DNA of 56,301 bases, from positions 1 through 56,301 of the IMG/VR virus record IMGVR_UViG_3300043409_000379, one strand, 5' to 3'. This DNA is from a virus. Taxonomy: Duplodnaviria; Caudoviricetes. The notes under the pieces were generated by a model. It searched no databases, was not told where the DNA came from, and saw only the letters and a list, made by a program, of their open reading frames with translations. Positions within the stretch are counted from its first letter, which is position 1, and each line of letters opens with the position of its first letter. The translations under genes were made by a program, and so were the position numbers. Positions 55,658-56,301 of the stretch are shown here, one piece after another.

Positions 55658-56301
55658 CAGTAATAAACCCTTTTCCCAACCCGCTCTTCCCTCACCGTCT
55701 CGTAATCATCGGGATGTGAAAGAAAGCCGCCTTGCCTGAAACGCATTAACGCCTGTGTCGCCGCATCGCAATGGTCATCATGCTCGCCAAATGGAAAAGT
55801 AGCCATCTCTTCGATGACTTCTTCCGCCCAGCTTGTTTCAGGATACCACACTAATCCTGCCTCGAACAGAGGCGCGACAGAATTCATTCGGCTAAATTTA
55901 TCGTTGCCGCGACTTGGCGTGAAATTTACAACAGGAATACCAGACGCTCGCAATTCCTGTGTCAACGGCATACCCGCAGCCTTCGCTTCCACAAGGATTA
56001 CCTCCGGCTCCCAGTACTTGTACTCCTCAAACGCAATCCTCTTCAGATCAGGAAACTCCCACCGACCCTTCTTCGCATCCATCAGGATCACGTTTGGTGG
56101 ACCGTCCTCCTTCGGGTAAAAAACACCCCACGTATGAATCGCTGTAAAGTCAGCCGTCTGCGTCTTCAAATACGCCGTGTCATACGACTGCATGACATAA
56201 TGCAAACGAGGGATCTTCTCATGCTCCCACGGTTGCCACCACTCACGCTTGATAATGGACGAACCGTCGGAGGACGGTTGTTGGAGGTACTGTGCATTCC
56301 A
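55657..56301 (-). CDS. terL: Terminase large subunit, C-terminal nuclease part
   Basis: QSYDTA...VEAKAAG...FPFGEHDDHCDA, an RNase H-like terminase nuclease domain. It lies directly upstream of the portal gene. Confidence 0.95.
   Translation of the reverse strand, partial: WNAQYLQQPSSDGSSIIKREWWQPWEHEKIPRLHYVMQSYDTAYLKTQTADFTAIHTWGVFYPKEDGPPNVILMDAKKGRWEFPDLKRIAFEEYKYWEPEVILVEAKAAGMPLTQELRASGIPVVNFTPSRGNDKFSRMNSVAPLFEAGLVWYPETSWAEEVIEEMATFPFGEHDDHCDAATQALMRFRQGGFLSHPDDYETVREERVGKRVYY
56175..56301. repeat. 127-bp end overlap (copy 2)
   Basis: Identical to 1-127 and falls inside terL. Confidence 0.97.

Noticed and set aside
55657-56205. Truncated or pseudogenised terminase (182 aa in the ORF track)
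   Set aside because: The frame continues through the overlap into 1-949, giving an intact gene.
56175-56301. 127-bp repeat as a biological direct terminal repeat
   Set aside because: It lies mid-terL, and its length equals a common assembler k-mer (127), so it is best read as a circular-assembly overlap.

Overview
This window is a complete circular-assembling tailed dsDNA phage genome of about 56,174 bp. Positions 1-127 are repeated at 56175-56301 and split the terminase large subunit gene. The architecture is podovirus-like: terL, portal, GroES, scaffold, major capsid protein, tail tubular and fibre genes, ejection-type proteins including a 2,526-aa polyvalent protein, and a muramidase endolysin, all on the minus strand. 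The replication module has a family A DNA polymerase, UvrD-like and SNF2 helicases, an AEP primase and an SSB-like protein. I found no integrase, RNA polymerase, tRNA or CRISPR array. Captured RNAP alpha-CTD sequences point to an alphaproteobacterial host (inference). Most notable: (1) a cluster of stand-alone host transcription/replication DNA-binding domains (DnaA domain IV, two RNAP alpha-CTD fusions, sigma70 region 4); (2) an overlapping array of single-gene cassettes bounded by a repeated RBS-stop-start junction; (3) strong genome-wide enrichment of TGACAG with a tandem array near the likely genome end; (4) an IHF-site-like iteron region; (5) a modular ART/peptidase virion protein whose modules are bounded by (E/R)(Y/F)SR; (6) a MoxR-AAA+/vWA-like operon; (7) a shared xxxGG peptide tag across late proteins. 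Family assignments come from motif recognition, not database searches.
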